This document shows, piece by piece, positions 24,563 to 37,185 of a stretch of 64,000 nucleotides of DNA (its first letter is position 1; each line of letters begins with the position of its first letter). This DNA is from Phyllosticta citribraziliensis (Eukaryota). The position numbers were made by a program, and so were the translations under genes. The DNA lies in assembly GCF_038025025.1 (NCBI RefSeq), contig NW_027117350.1, positions 496,001 through 560,000 on the forward strand. Reading direction: 5' to 3'. The notes under the pieces were generated by a model. The model did not search any database. It was not told the DNA's origin and saw nothing but the letters and a program-made list of their open reading frames with translations.

Positions 24563-26530
24563 ATGGCCCCCGCGGAGCGCTCTCCCTCTTTCCAAAAGCT
24601 CCGCCTCAATACGCGCGCGTCGAAGCCTATACCTTCGACCTTCGCCTCCATCAGACGGCATGATGGAGGCGACTCTCCCGGCAGTCCATTTCCAGAGCTG
24701 GGCGACGACCTGTGGCATCACAACCGCGCCTCTTCCACCTTGACCAGCGCCGACTTGATCCGGTCTGCCCTCGACCGTGTTGCTCCAGATGTTCATGTTG
24801 CCGGAATCCGGGCCCACTCGCAGAGTCCAGCCAACGGCCACCGTCGGCCTTATCTCCAAGAAAATTCGTCTCTTGAGCAATCCTTTCGCAACCGTCAAAC
24901 CTCAATCAGCTTTGCCCCCCAAGTCATGCTTGAGACGGGCAACTCGCTGCCCATGGACGCCCCGCTTCCTCGTGCTGATTCCCAACAAGACGCGAGCCGG
25001 CCACACTATGATGGCGCAAACATCGTCGTTGACCAGGAATATGGCCAGGACCACGAAATCCACCACTTTCGGACCCACAGCGAATCAGACAAGGCCCGCT
25101 ACGACTTGCAGACGGGCGAGCTGGTCGAGGAGCGCAGACGCCGGCTAGAGATGACTCCCTACAGGACTGGCGAGTCACGGCATCCTCTTTTGCAAGAAAC
25201 GGTTGACGATTTGGCTCAAGTTGCGCAACTGGAAGAGAGTGACAGGATAGCCTCGTTGACGTCTGGAACCACGCTGTCGACCAACGATGGCACGTTTACG
25301 CCTCTGGACTCTTCCATCGAATACCTACAGTCGCCTCTTGCTGCCTCGTCACCCATTGAATTCCCACCAGGGCGTTCGCGGCAAAACAGCAGCGTCAAGT
25401 CAAAGAGCATCTACTCGGACAGAGCGAGTCAGCCGAGCAGTCTTCGCAGAAGCGCTAGACGCACGTCTACCCGCTCAGGAATTTCCATGTCGCCCGCGAG
25501 CGCATTCCTCTCGCAGTGGGGACGAGACGAGTCGGCAATCGAGCCCGACGAGGAGGGCCAAGAGATCCCCGATCACAGCGGCTACTTTATCGGAAAGCAG
25601 ATTGGGTTCGGGGGCTTCAGCGTCGTCAAAGAGGTGTCGACCATGGAAGACGGCGTCAAGATTGTTCGCGCTGTGAAGATTGTGCGAAAACAAGTGACGG
25701 GCAAGAACGAAGCTGAAAACGAAAAGCTCCAAACGCAGTTTGAGCACGAGGTGGAAATCTGGAGATATCTCAAACACCCGTACATTCTTCCGCTGCTGGC
25801 CGTGTACGACACTCCTTTTGCAACCTTTTGTATCACCGAATTGAACCTTGGCGGCACGCTTTTCGACTTGATCCGCGTCAACCGTAGGCTCAAGAAGCAG
25901 GGCATCCCCTCGCGCCTCGCTAAGCGATATCTCTATCAATTGGCCTCGGCGCTGCGGTACCTGCACGAGGACGTTCATGTGGTACATCGGGACGTCAAGT
26001 TGGAAAACTGCCTGCTCGACATGTCGGACCCGGCAGCAGAGACCGAAGGCGGCAATGTCTTGCTTTGCGATTTTGGCATGGCCGATTTCATCACAAACGA
26101 AAACCGCTCGCTTCCATCGCCCATGGAAGAACCAAGCCCGAGCATGGGGCCCTCGGAGACTAGCACATGCCCTGCAGGGAGCATGGAGTACGCCGCGCCA
26201 GAGCTGCTCCACTCGCGATCACCACTGTACAGCACGTCTGTTGATATCTGGGCATACGGTGTTGTCGCATACACGCTTCTCACGGGCCACCGTCCCTTCA
26301 GCCACAGTTTCCAGCCCGCTCTTGTGATGCTCATCACCAAGGGCGAGTGGGACGAGGAAGCACTGCGCGACGTCGGCGCTGATGAAGACGCCATTGAGCT
26401 CATCCGCGGCTGCTTGGAAATGGATTCAGATTTGCGCTGGTCCATTGCAGATGTACTCGAGAGTCGATGGTTCGAGGGCTGCCGCGAGCTGTACGAGGAT
26501 GTCCAGCGGCATTGGATCGATTCGGCTTGA
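24563..26530 (+). CDS. Ser/Thr protein kinase (CAMK-like, possibly Nnk1-related), intronless
   Basis: IGFGGFSVV, AVKIVRK, HRDVKLEN, DFG, GSMEYAAPE, DIWAYGV. First ATG is at 24563; the ORF track starts at an upstream TTG. Confidence 0.9.
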   Translation: MAPAERSPSFQKLRLNTRASKPIPSTFASIRRHDGGDSPGSPFPELGDDLWHHNRASSTLTSADLIRSALDRVAPDVHVAGIRAHSQSPANGHRRPYLQENSSLEQSFRNRQTSISFAPQVMLETGNSLPMDAPLPRADSQQDASRPHYDGANIVVDQEYGQDHEIHHFRTHSESDKARYDLQTGELVEERRRRLEMTPYRTGESRHPLLQETVDDLAQVAQLEESDRIASLTSGTTLSTNDGTFTPLDSSIEYLQSPLAASSPIEFPPGRSRQNSSVKSKSIYSDRASQPSSLRRSARRTSTRSGISMSPASAFLSQWGRDESAIEPDEEGQEIPDHSGYFIGKQIGFGGFSVVKEVSTMEDGVKIVRAVKIVRKQVTGKNEAENEKLQTQFEHEVEIWRYLKHPYILPLLAVYDTPFATFCITELNLGGTLFDLIRVNRRLKKQGIPSRLAKRYLYQLASALRYLHEDVHVVHRDVKLENCLLDMSDPAAETEGGNVLLCDFGMADFITNENRSLPSPMEEPSPSMGPSETSTCPAGSMEYAAPELLHSRSPLYSTSVDIWAYGVVAYTLLTGHRPFSHSFQPALVMLITKGEWDEEALRDVGADEDAIELIRGCLEMDSDLRWSIADVLESRWFEGCRELYEDVQRHWIDSA

Positions 26531-27062
26531 ATGCTGTTGGAGCATCATCGACTCATCTCCTTTCCTTTTCTTTCCATCTTTTTTCACCTTTGTGTCTTGT
26601 TCATTGTTGCAAAATCTTGGAGTCAGCATCGGAGGGCAAAAAATATCGATACCCACGCTCGCACGCACGCCTAGCCAGTCAGATACCCTCTTCGTCGTTC
26701 TTCGTCTTGTGGGTTGTTGTTCCCCAGCGACTTGCACTTCGATACCCACCTTACCTAGCTACCTTTTGATCCACCCAACAATTCCTCCATCTTTCTGCTT
26801 GGCACTTTTCCCACCTCAAACCACATCTTGCCTTTTTTTGTTCTCGATATTGACACGCACGGGTCATGAAATTCTCGTCTTCTCCGCTGCCTGTTCTACT
26901 GTCGCTGCTGGCCGGAATTTGTCATGCTTCAGGAGTCTTCGGGGATGCGGGCGAAATGTGGTTATAAGTGTCTTCTCTTCATCTTTTTGTTCCTATTTTG
27001 ACGAATGACTGACAAGCGGAAATCGCTGCCCAACTCTACTGCCGACACGTTTCGGGTGGAAG

Positions 27063-27085
27063 TTTTTTTTTTTTTTTTTTTTTTT
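27063..27085. repeat. Poly-T homopolymer (23 nt)
   Basis: Read directly from sequence. Confidence 0.9.
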
Positions 27086-28837
27086 CCTTTCTCTCTGTCC
27101 ATCAAGGTTTTGTTGTACCTTCCCTTCTTGCGCTCTTTTTGTGTTATTTTCTCTATCGTCCTGGATGTTTTGTTTTTTATTTTCTCTCATCTGCGACATT
27201 ACCTGTATCGCTTGCTTTGGGCATCACAGTTCTGGGGGGTTGTATAAGGCATTCACCCACCTTGTCTCTAGCCGTGCCGGACTTCTGGCACATACATACA
27301 ACCTACATACATATCAACCATGTATTGAATCATGAGCATGCGTCTGTCAACTGTACTATGCTTGCTCGATACACCTACGCCGCAAACGACCTATACAATT
27401 CAGGTCGGCATTACTGGCGACTAGGACCACCGCTGGCTTCATTACATCTGATCAACATCTCAACACACATTCACACCAAAATCCTACGAATTCGTTGAAG
27501 CGCGTCTGCTCCCACACAGCCTTGTCCCAGGAGCGCCGTGTGATTGGGAGGGGAATGCTGCGGGTGAGAAAGTAGACCGGGGGTGGGGGCAGCGGGGTCA
27601 AGGATGGGGTGAGCGGACCAAATCGACCAATGGATGCGTCGCCATGACTCGAGCGCGGGTTTCGAAGATGGGTTGGCGGACCGAACGTTGGCAGGATGTG
27701 AACAGTCAGTGTCTTTGCTTGTTTGCTTGCCTATGTACTTGTCGGCAAAGCGATGGTCAGTGAGGACGACGCGGGCGTCGCGCGGTCTAGCCGCATCCGG
27801 CCATCTTGTTTGTCTGCTCTGCCAAAGGAACCAAGGGAAGCGACAGCCAGCAGCAAGACGGCGGCCAAAATGTCAACGCCCCAGGCAGGCAGGCAGCCCG
27901 CCAAACGTTCCGGTCTGGGGTAAATTACATAGGCACGCACGGCAGCAGCACCGCACACGGCGTCCGCAGTCTCTCTGCCTGCGTTTCGAATCGAAGCTGG
28001 GCTGCTCCACGCTCTGGCTCTCTCCCGCCTTTCCCCGCAAACACCCCATACGCCCATGCGCCCATTGGCCGGGGTCCGTGTATTTTGCCGGCGGCGAATT
28101 GAAGCTTACTTTTGCGACTGACCGACAAAACTGACTTGTGGAGTGCCTTGGCTGATGATGGGCTGCTGCTGCTGCTGCTGCTCTGCCCGCTGTGTTTCGT
28201 TGACTCGTTCTCGCTCACTGGCTCTTGCTGGCTCGCTGTCCGCCGCCGCCGTCATCTGTGGTCGGATGGCTTGCTTGCCTGAACCGCGTCCATGCCGCAT
28301 GCGTGCGCGCTCGGATTAAATACCTGGCCTGGGGCCCCGTCGTGGCCGTTGATATACAGCCTTGGCTTTGGCTTGTCGATTCTTGTCGTCTTGCCCTAGA
28401 TTCCGTCTGTCGACCTGTTCGCCTACCTTTGCTCTCGTCATACTCCTACTCACAGTGCTACCAAGTATCCGCCCATCCCACTCGTGCGTTGAGTGAGCAT
28501 CGTAAGTTTACACATCTTCGTTTGTGGAGCTTCGTTCTTGCGACGGCGGCTGCGCTGTGTGCGAATGGTCTTCCAGCCCTGTCGCCTTCTCGTCGCGTGC
28601 CAGCTCGCGATGCTTGTCGCTGTCAAGACGGGACGAGCGATGCTGAGCGACTTGGCCGTCCGCTGGCAGACTGCCCGTCAGCTCAGCCTCGTCTACCCAT
28701 CTCAATCCCTTCCCTTCTGCTTCCCGCTCTGTCGCTTGTGCGGCGACGATGGCGTTAACTCTTGACTGACTGTCCAATGGAAATTCGTCCACAACTGCGG
28801 CGAATTCCCCCGACTCCACCAGTAAAACGCTTTAAAA

Positions 28838-29337
28838 ATGGGCGAATGCACTTCGGACGACAAGAGCCTCTGCTACGTGCCCGCGCCGAGCACGAGGCAT
28901 GAGCTTGGTATCTTGTTTGGCTTCCTAGGTGAGTTGTCCATCTAACCCACTGTTTGCCGCACCCTCGTCTTCGCCTCTCAAGAGCCAGGCTGGTCGCCTG
29001 GAGCGCCGCAAAGCTTGTCCGCTGGCGATCGTCCTTGGGAATTCTTGGACGCAGAGCGCCCGTCTTGGCTTGGTGTTGGCTCTTGATTCGAGGCTTGGAT
29101 TCCAGATATGATCGGAACCCGTCCTATCAGCACCTACTTCCTCTTTCTTGTTCGGTCCTGTCTGACCGTAATATCACAGGCCTCATGATTGTCTGCATGT
29201 CCGTCTACGCCGTCGCCTGGAACGTCGGCAACAGACGCAGCCTCCAGAAGGAAGCCGACCGCGTCGCGGCGCTGCGCGCTTCCGGGCACTTGGACGAGAT
29301 CGAGAAGAGCCGCCTCGGCACCGGCGAGGGCGCTTAG
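28838..29337 (+). CDS. Small single-pass membrane protein (82 aa), 2 exons
   Basis: AAAAATGG start; exon 28838-28928, GTGAGT donor, CTGAC branch and CACAG acceptor, exon 29180-29337. Splicing joins one continuous hydrophobic helix (LGILFGFLGLMIVCMSVYAVAW). Strong C/G third-position bias. Confidence 0.68.
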
Positions 29338-32300
29338 ATTCGGAACAAGACGCCGTTATGGGGGGTTTAGACGGAAGAGGCCTGCGTGCTGGTAATGCCG
29401 AGCTGAGGGATTCAAGAGCGGAGGGGATTCATGAGATACCAATTTGGAGGCCAGAGTTTGTCGTTTTGCGCGCCGCACGCACTCACCCGGCGGTCTTCAC
29501 GTCGACGGCTCGACGGGAATAAGGTCGTCTCGTTTTGCTGCGGTGGTCCGGAGGTACACGTCCAGACCATCTCCGGCATGCCGGGTCGGTCCTTCGCTCT
29601 CGGGCAGAGCTCTGGCACTGGCGGCCATATGGGTCTGGCGGTCTGCGGGTGATGAGCTTTCAATTGATTCTGTTTAATCGAGATGATGAAATTGACGTCC
29701 TTGACTTGCTGCAGAGGGTCGCACGGCCGGACATTGCTGCTTGGCGCAATCACGATGGTTGACTTAGGCTCCTGCTGGCAGAGAGCGAGCTGCGCAGGGC
29801 GGGAAATTGGCGAGAGACAATCCGAGTGGTGTTTGATGTGGCGGGAGGTCGCGTGGTTGCAGGGACTCCACTCTGTGTGGCGGGCAGCGAAAGGCTGCTG
29901 GTGGAGTTTCTCTCTCTCCCTGCCTCACATCGCTTCCCCAACGCCGCCACTATCTCGTTGCTAACCTGCCTCTCACAGCCTCCATTCCATTTCGCCATGA
30001 CGGCTCACTTGTAATTGTGACATCCATTCCTCTTCCCCTTCAGTCTCCACTCCACAACTCTATGCCTCCACAAACTTCTCACCTTGATGACAGACTGGGC
30101 GCCGCACGCACACGCGCCATGCGCTCAACTTCTCCCAGGAGCGCACCTCTCCACCTCTGACCGGTCAAGCAAGCATCGGACCCTCTCGCGACGGACCCAG
30201 CAGCTTGTCCGTCCGCTCCCTCGGCCGTTTCACCTGCTCCCCAAAACATGACACCCCACAATTCGATGCGCAACGGCGCCTCCCACAGACGCACATCACC
30301 ACTCCATCCGCCGTCACGCATGTCCTGCTTCACTCTCTGTATCACATCTCGCCTGGGCTCGTAGCTCATGGCAGCTGTGAGCGAGCAGCCCACCTTGCCC
30401 GCAACCAACTCCGACCAACGACGCTGCGCGAGCCCGTGCTCATGTCCGCCGTGGATGCCAAAGCTCAGGTCTTTAACGTCGCCCCCATCCGCACCGTTTG
30501 CTGGACAGCCCCCTGGCCCCGCCCTCTCCAGCAGGTGGTCCGCACGCTGTTTCAAGCACGCCGCCCGGGGGAACTTGAGCCACTCCTGCTGAGAAGGTGT
30601 GTGGTTTTAATTGTGTGGATGGATTCTATTTCTGGGCTTACGTAGCCGCTCGACGCGTGCTCCGCCGGGACTGCGCCGCAGGTGTGATGCGTCGAGTGCT
30701 GGCAACCTGGAGCACGCGCGTGGTGGAGGACTCGTCTGTCTTGCTGCACGCAAGGCCTTTTGGTAAGCTAAGGGCTTGGATCAATTCCTTCCAAAGTCCT
30801 TTTCAGCATGCGGGCCAATTCTATTCAACACCATGTTGAGCATCAGGTCTGCAAGGTAACGTTCGTGAATTATTCCTCGGTGGGCCATGGAAGAGTCTAA
30901 CTTCCTCTTGTCGACTTTTGGGGATACCATGCTCAGCCGCCTATTTGCTACCGGCTTCTATTTGGAACACCTTGTCGCCAACTTACAGTGGCCAGTAGTG
31001 GTGGCACTTTTGCATACGTCATTCGACGCCGCCGTCCCTCAGCCACAGTACCTGGCTGCATCACCATAGCCTGTATCCAACCGTCCTAGCCCGGCCTCCT
31101 ACTCAATCTACAACGGCCCTCTGCCTAACGGCGGCACGTTCCGCGCTGCCGTGGCCCGCTTTATTGTGTACTCCACGGCATCTCCGCATCCTATATATAT
31201 CCGACTCGTGGACCCTGGTATTGAAAGGGTCTTGGAGAGAAGCGAGCGAGCCAGACATGGTGGCGCAGCTTTCTTCTTAACTGGGGCATTTGATATCAAT
31301 GGAAAAGGGTCTCACGGGCAGCTCCAGCGCTTCCACATTGAGACCTTCTGAAAGTCGCTACAAGGCGCCAACAGACTGCCTAACACCGGATTATGACACC
31401 ATCTCTCAACGCCCAGCGGTGTCGTCTCTCTACTATAGAGAGAATTCGGAGTCAAAGCACACCGCCTCTTTCTAACGCGTCATGCCCTCGTACAGAGCAC
31501 AGCCAATGTACTCACTCCCAAACACCGTACCGCCGCGCCGTTTGCGATTGTCCTTCCTTCACTTGGACAGAAAATGCACAAGCGAGATCGCCTCTCTAGC
31601 CCTTAGCTTTCTGCCCCTTTCATGAATCAACCCACGGCTCGCAGATACATCCAGACCTCACTTTCTCCCACGCATCGACCAGGCTAACCAGATATGTTTA
31701 CGAAGCGGCGCAACACCAAAAACTTACCCAGGCCAACCCCTGTTCGGCGCCCATGAAGCAAGTGGCTCGGCGTTTCTGCTGCTAGGTACGGTAGGGAAGT
31801 GAAGAGAGTAGCTAGGTTTGGTGCTAACAGTTAAGCTCGCATCCGCCTTGCTTTTGCGCTCGCTCGTTCGCGTCGACCTCGAAACATGGTCTACCCATCC
31901 TCTCTCCTCCGCCAAAATGCCGTCTTCAGAAAGACAGGCGGACAGCCATCATCATCAGCGCTGGTCTCAAGTCTTCCTCAGCTCATTGCGCATCCTCTCT
32001 CCGTAATGAGCCGCAGCCACATCGCTGGTCAGTCGCGTCGTCGTATTGAGCTGCTGTCTGATCGACGCTTCCCTGCCTCCCCTGCATTCGTAAAACAAAC
32101 CTTGTTTTTTTGTTTGGTCGTACGGCGGCACGGTGCCGGCAGCGCGGTCTACGTATCTACCTACCTTCGCAATCAGAATGTCCATCATCCACACATAGCC
32201 GGCTCTGGTTTGCGGTTTGACTCACGCTTGTGCAGTTTGGCTCCTCGGAGGCCGGTCGGATGGCCAGTACCGTGGTCAACAATGGAACCGGAGCGGATGA

Positions 32301-35164
32301 GCTGGAATCCGAATGATGAGGTGGGTGCTGTGGCTCTGCTCGTGCGTGAGTGCGTGCGTGCGTGCATACGAGGAGAGTCGGTCCTGGAGTCATCAGCATG
32401 CGCTGGTTGCTGGTTGCTTCTCGGTTGGAGATGACGCTCGCTGGCTGGCGAAGCTTAGCTTTACGACGTTTCGATGCCCGTCGGCTTGCTCTGCTCTGCT
32501 TTGTCTCTGGAAGTAAGCGCAGCACTGTAGACAGCTGTGAGTGGAGCCCCGTCATCTTTCTTCAGCCTCTCTTACTGCGTTAGTCAGTCCGCCCCATCAC
32601 GCGTAGCAGTGGTGCGGTGGGCTTCACAACTTTCCCTGCCCTCCGTCGACCAGATTGGCCTTACAAGTGCCGACTCTTCACCCATCCAACCATCCTCAAG
32701 CCAGCGACAAGTCAAAAAACGCAACCACAAAACGCAAACGAGGTGGTCGTCGATCACTCCAAACGCAAAAGCAACGCACAGACATCGTCCACCACACATG
32801 GTGAGCTGTCTCTCCCACCCCAGTCTGGCCAACGCGCGCATGGATGCACCATTGTCCCCAGCGCGTCAGGCATCCCGTCCACCACGTGCGGCGGCGGCGG
32901 CAGCGTCGCGTGGGTGCTCGCGACTCGTGTCGCATTCAGGGTGCTGCTCTTCTCGTACTACACTGACTAGCAAGGGACCGTGGTACTGCCTGTAGTGATG
33001 ATTGTTGTCGTTGATGGGAAAGATTGACTGGCTGGGCGCGCTAGCTGGCGGCGTTACGCTGCGTGGCCAACAGGGTGTACCTATGTCTGAGGACGATGGG
33101 GCGCGTGAACAGGGGAGCGCGGTCGGAGACGTGGATGTCCGTTGATGGACTCCCTGGCGAGTTTGCTGCTAGACATGTTCCCACGAGTAATCTGGGTATT
33201 GATGGCGCGGTTCGGTCATTGATATGGTTGCTATGGGGAGATGGTGACGGGCAGTGGAGCGTGAGGGATGGATGCGGCGGGATCAATAACAAAGGAAAGA
33301 GAAAAAGGAACAAGAAGCCGCTGAGCGCAAGCGCCGCACTCTGTGGACGTCAAACGAGACGGCTCCTAGCTGACCCTGCGGCTACGTACCGTGATGAAGC
33401 TACGAGCGGGTACCTGTACACACAGACAGATACCAAAATCAGGAAGGAGAGAGAGAGTGACACAAAGGGCTCTCTCTACAGCTCCGCGTCTCGTCAACGC
33501 TGCACGCGAAATCGTAGACAGTCAACACACAGTCCCAGCGACTCTCTTGCTCTCTCTGTCTCCCTCTCGCGAGCCGCAGCATGGCCACCCCATCTCCAAG
33601 CCCAAGTCGCGCCCGTTCCAGCAGACCATCCGTCCGTCCGTCCGTCCGTCCGGAGATTATATCAAATCATCAGCACCACGGGCACTCAAAGGGACTTCGA
33701 GAAAAAGAAGAGAGAGACAGAGAAGGGCCGGCCGCGCGGACGCAGGACGCTCTCCAGAACCCGTGCGTCTCCACCACGCACCATGCCACGTGGGAACGTG
33801 CGGAGAGAGACAGAGGGGAGACAATCACAAGGCCGGACCGACCGCACCGCACCGGTTGCTTGGGTCGCTTGCGGCCGGTGGCGGTTTATCATTTAGCATG
33901 TTATTGCAGGGAGGGAGATGGGGAGGGAGGGGCGAGCGCAGTGAGGAAGTGAGGGTTGCGAAACGGACCGACCGAGTGGCCGGCCGGCCGGCCGATTGAC
34001 TGATTTGATTGTTTGAATGCGTGAGTGAGTGGCCGGTTGACTGACCGGTCAAGGTGCATGGGCTGGAGGGTGTGGTCTGTGGTTTTTTCTTTTGATGTCG
34101 CTGATTGTGATGACGGCGGTGACGTCGTGGTGTTGGAGGATGGGTGCGTCGTGTAGGTGCGAGCGTTCCTTGGGGACCTGAACGGAGCTGCTGGCTGTAG
34201 TAGACGTTAGGTGCAGAGCAGGATAGGACATTGACCGCGTTTGTTCAACTGCAGTTAGCATCCATACGTCAACACAGCAAGCATTGCAGTGGTAGTTGCA
34301 GTTGTACAATACAATGTACAATACAATGTATATCTTTCGCAGACAAACCGTCTGATAAGGAACCCAAGTACTCCAATCCGATCCGACGCGCCTAAAATCG
34401 TAATCCGTATAGTGTTTAGATAACTGAGGGAAGCCGAACGGCTTGCTCGCCATTGCCTCCCTTCTTTGAAACTCTTAGAGGATGGCCGTCGCATCACGCC
34501 AGACGCCACGCAACAACACCCATGATAGGAAACAGTTCCACCCGCCACGACCAACGCCAACAACTATGCGTGGATAAAGGAGACGGGACGCGAGACGCGC
34601 GAGGAAGCCTTTGGAGTGGAGACAGGGCTCCAACTGAATCAATGCTTGCGAGTGCCACACGGCACAGCGGGTAGCAGACGTGATGCTCAACAGCGGCAGT
34701 CAAGACAGCCAAAAATACGCCACTGACCTGCCATCCCTGATTCCTGGCAGTGCTATTTTCGAAGGATTTGGATGGAAAGACGGAAAGTGGATAGATGTCT
34801 CGGATGGAAGAGCATGAGCCAGTAGAGTGGATAATGCGGAACAGGGAGAAGGACGGGATAGGCCCGCGGCCGGTAACAGGTCAGTGGTGTAACAGCAAGT
34901 GTGACGGGAGGTCGAAACACGCGCGTGGCCAAGGCGTGCGTGGGCGTCGTGCCGTTGGGGGTCCAGCATAGGGGGCGCAGCGCAGCGCCGCCCATGACAT
35001 CAAAAAAGGTTGCGGGGCGCAGCAAACCGGCGGGCGTGGAGGCGGCTGCGAGAGAGGGAGAGAGAGGTGTGAGGTTCAAGGGCCAGGATGACGGGTTGGC
35101 GCTCCTTTTTTTGGTAGAGGGTCGGTGTGGCCCGTTTCAGAAAACGCTGGGATGCCGCCCTTCC

Positions 35165-36113
35165 CTAAAAGACGATTTGGTACCTGCTCCCACGCTAAGA
35201 GTCAGCCGCAGTCGAATCTCTGACAGAGTTGGATGTTCAAACTGACTTTTTGAGTGCCACCTCCAGACTGATGTCGCTTAACTCAGCATCGTCCGGGATC
35301 TCGTCGGTTACTGGAACCAGTCCAGCAAACTTGTCTCCACCTCTGTATGCGAGAATGGCGGGTATGCCGGCCTCGTTCATCTCTGCGTCTTCGTAGTGGA
35401 ACTTGATAAACTTGACCATGCCGTGGCGCCTTGCGAGTGTGGCCAGGCATTCCTCGACCATGTTGCTGATTTCAGACTGCGTTGGTTGCGTATGTCAGCA
35501 TGTAGTAATGGTGGCACGGCAGGGCAAAGCTTACCTGGTCGTCGTAGATGAAGACGACGACGGTGGTGGCCGAGGGGCTCTTCTCAATGGCTTCGAGATA
35601 GCCGTCAGAATCCACAGCTACCAGCCGCCCATAGGATCGTGCGCTTGGGCTGCCCGTCGTCGACCGGGACCGCGACCTTATGCGCTTGGGGCCGTTCTGC
35701 AGCTCCCGTAGACGGTTTTCGCGCCATCTTGCCATGAAGTCGTCCTCGCTCCCGCTCTTTTCGCTGTCGCTTTTGGCGCCACCATTCTTACCCCGCGTGA
35801 ATAGGGAGAAGCGCTGCGACTTTTTGGCCTGTTCGTATGCTTGGGCGTCTGCAATGACACCCTTGGGGCCGGTGTTTGCGTCGGACCGGACTTGGGGGAT
35901 TGTGTAGCGGGAGCGCATGTTGAAATCCTGGTCAGGGTCGTCGTCGTCTAGGAAGTCGTCCTCGTCGTCGGCGTAGTCGTCCTTCTCGAAGAATTGCTCG
36001 CGGGTCGACTCTTTGTCCGAGTCGAGGTCAGAGTCGTCGCGGTCCTCGGGGTGTCTGCTGGAGCGGGACTTGTCGCCAAAGAGCTGGTTGAATTCTTCCT
36101 GGGCGGGGTTCAT
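35165..36113 (-). CDS. phnA: Phosducin-like protein, class I (PhLP1 / PhnA / BDM-1 type), 3 exons
   Basis: ANTGPKGVIADAQ (G-beta-gamma-binding helix motif), FMARWRENRLRELQ, thioredoxin-like VVVFIYDD...VKFIK...IPAILAYRGGDKFA. Spliced end LKKYQIVF*. Confidence 0.9.
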
Positions 36114-37185
36114 GGCGAAAGAGAGGAAACCGACTGCTGGAGCGTGTGGGCTTGGAGCTTATGTAGTAGAATGGCAGCGCTACGAGAAGGAGCGGGCCCG
36201 GGGGAGCAGGGTTCAGAGGTGACAGCACGAGGATCAGTGTGTGGAAGTCGAAGGGCAGCGTGTCGCGCCGACGGCCGGGATCCCCACGTGCCAGTTAAGG
36301 CTGAGCGCCGCAGCTGTGACCAAAGCGCCAAAGCAACAATAGGGGCGTTTCAACCAAGTCGCCCTACGCGCGTCCCAACTCGCTCTACGAGAGGCTCGTG
36401 TTGCATCATACCATGCCGCATTTGAAACTCGGCGTCTTGGTTCACTTGGTCCGCCCGTTGGCTCTCTTATGCCCTGGCCGCCCTCTTCTGCTGCCCCCCT
36501 GCCGCCCATGTCCAGTGCAATGCGCGAGACGTCACTTGCTTGGATCCCGGCACCCCTACATGACCTCAGTCCTCGTGTGCAAGTGTCCGTGTCAATTGGA
36601 ATCGGGCAATTAAATATTCAACACCGTAACCCACTATCTGACGAACACTCGAGCGAACAAGACGAAAAACTAAGAAAAAAACGCGGCCGCTGCTATCCGC
36701 TACTACCGCTAAACACACCCCCCAAGAAACAAACTCGCCGAGCATCATGCTCGTGGCCCAGCGGCTGGCGCCGGTCACCCTTCCATGGCCAGGGCCGCGG
36801 TGCAAGTTACAGGGAATCAGCTTTTTTTATTCCAAAGCAGACGACAAGAGAAGAGGAAGAGGAAAAAAAGAACTTGGCCGCTCGGCTGTGTAGACTTCTG
36901 AAAGACAAACCAATGACCCGGCCAGACCTGCCACCATCTTGAGGAAACGAAAATATTAGGAGCCGTGTGTGAGTGTACAAGCGGAAACCACCCTCCTCGC
37001 CGGGTTACTCTGCTGTATATCATGCGTAGTCGAGGACGATGCCCGCGCTGACTAGACAAAGCCCATGCCAGCCGAGCTGGGTTTCATGGGAGACGCCCGG
37101 TGGACCTGGCGACGCTGTGAAATTGCGCGCCGCCGTCCGGGGTATTTGGCGTCTATTTGGATCTTCTCTTTCCAGGCCGATCATC

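Noticed and set aside
30079..30645. 158-aa and 146-aa ORFs on opposite strands
   Set aside because: No domain-like features; such lengths are expected by chance in GC-rich DNA.
33063..33999. 277-aa and 202-aa plus-strand ORFs
   Set aside because: Run through simple repeats and GA-rich tracts, have non-ATG starts and spurious-looking composition.
34107..34181. GTGATGA...CTGA spacing resembling a box C/D snoRNA
   Set aside because: No terminal stem, no clear D'/C' boxes and no rRNA-complementary guide that I could recognise.
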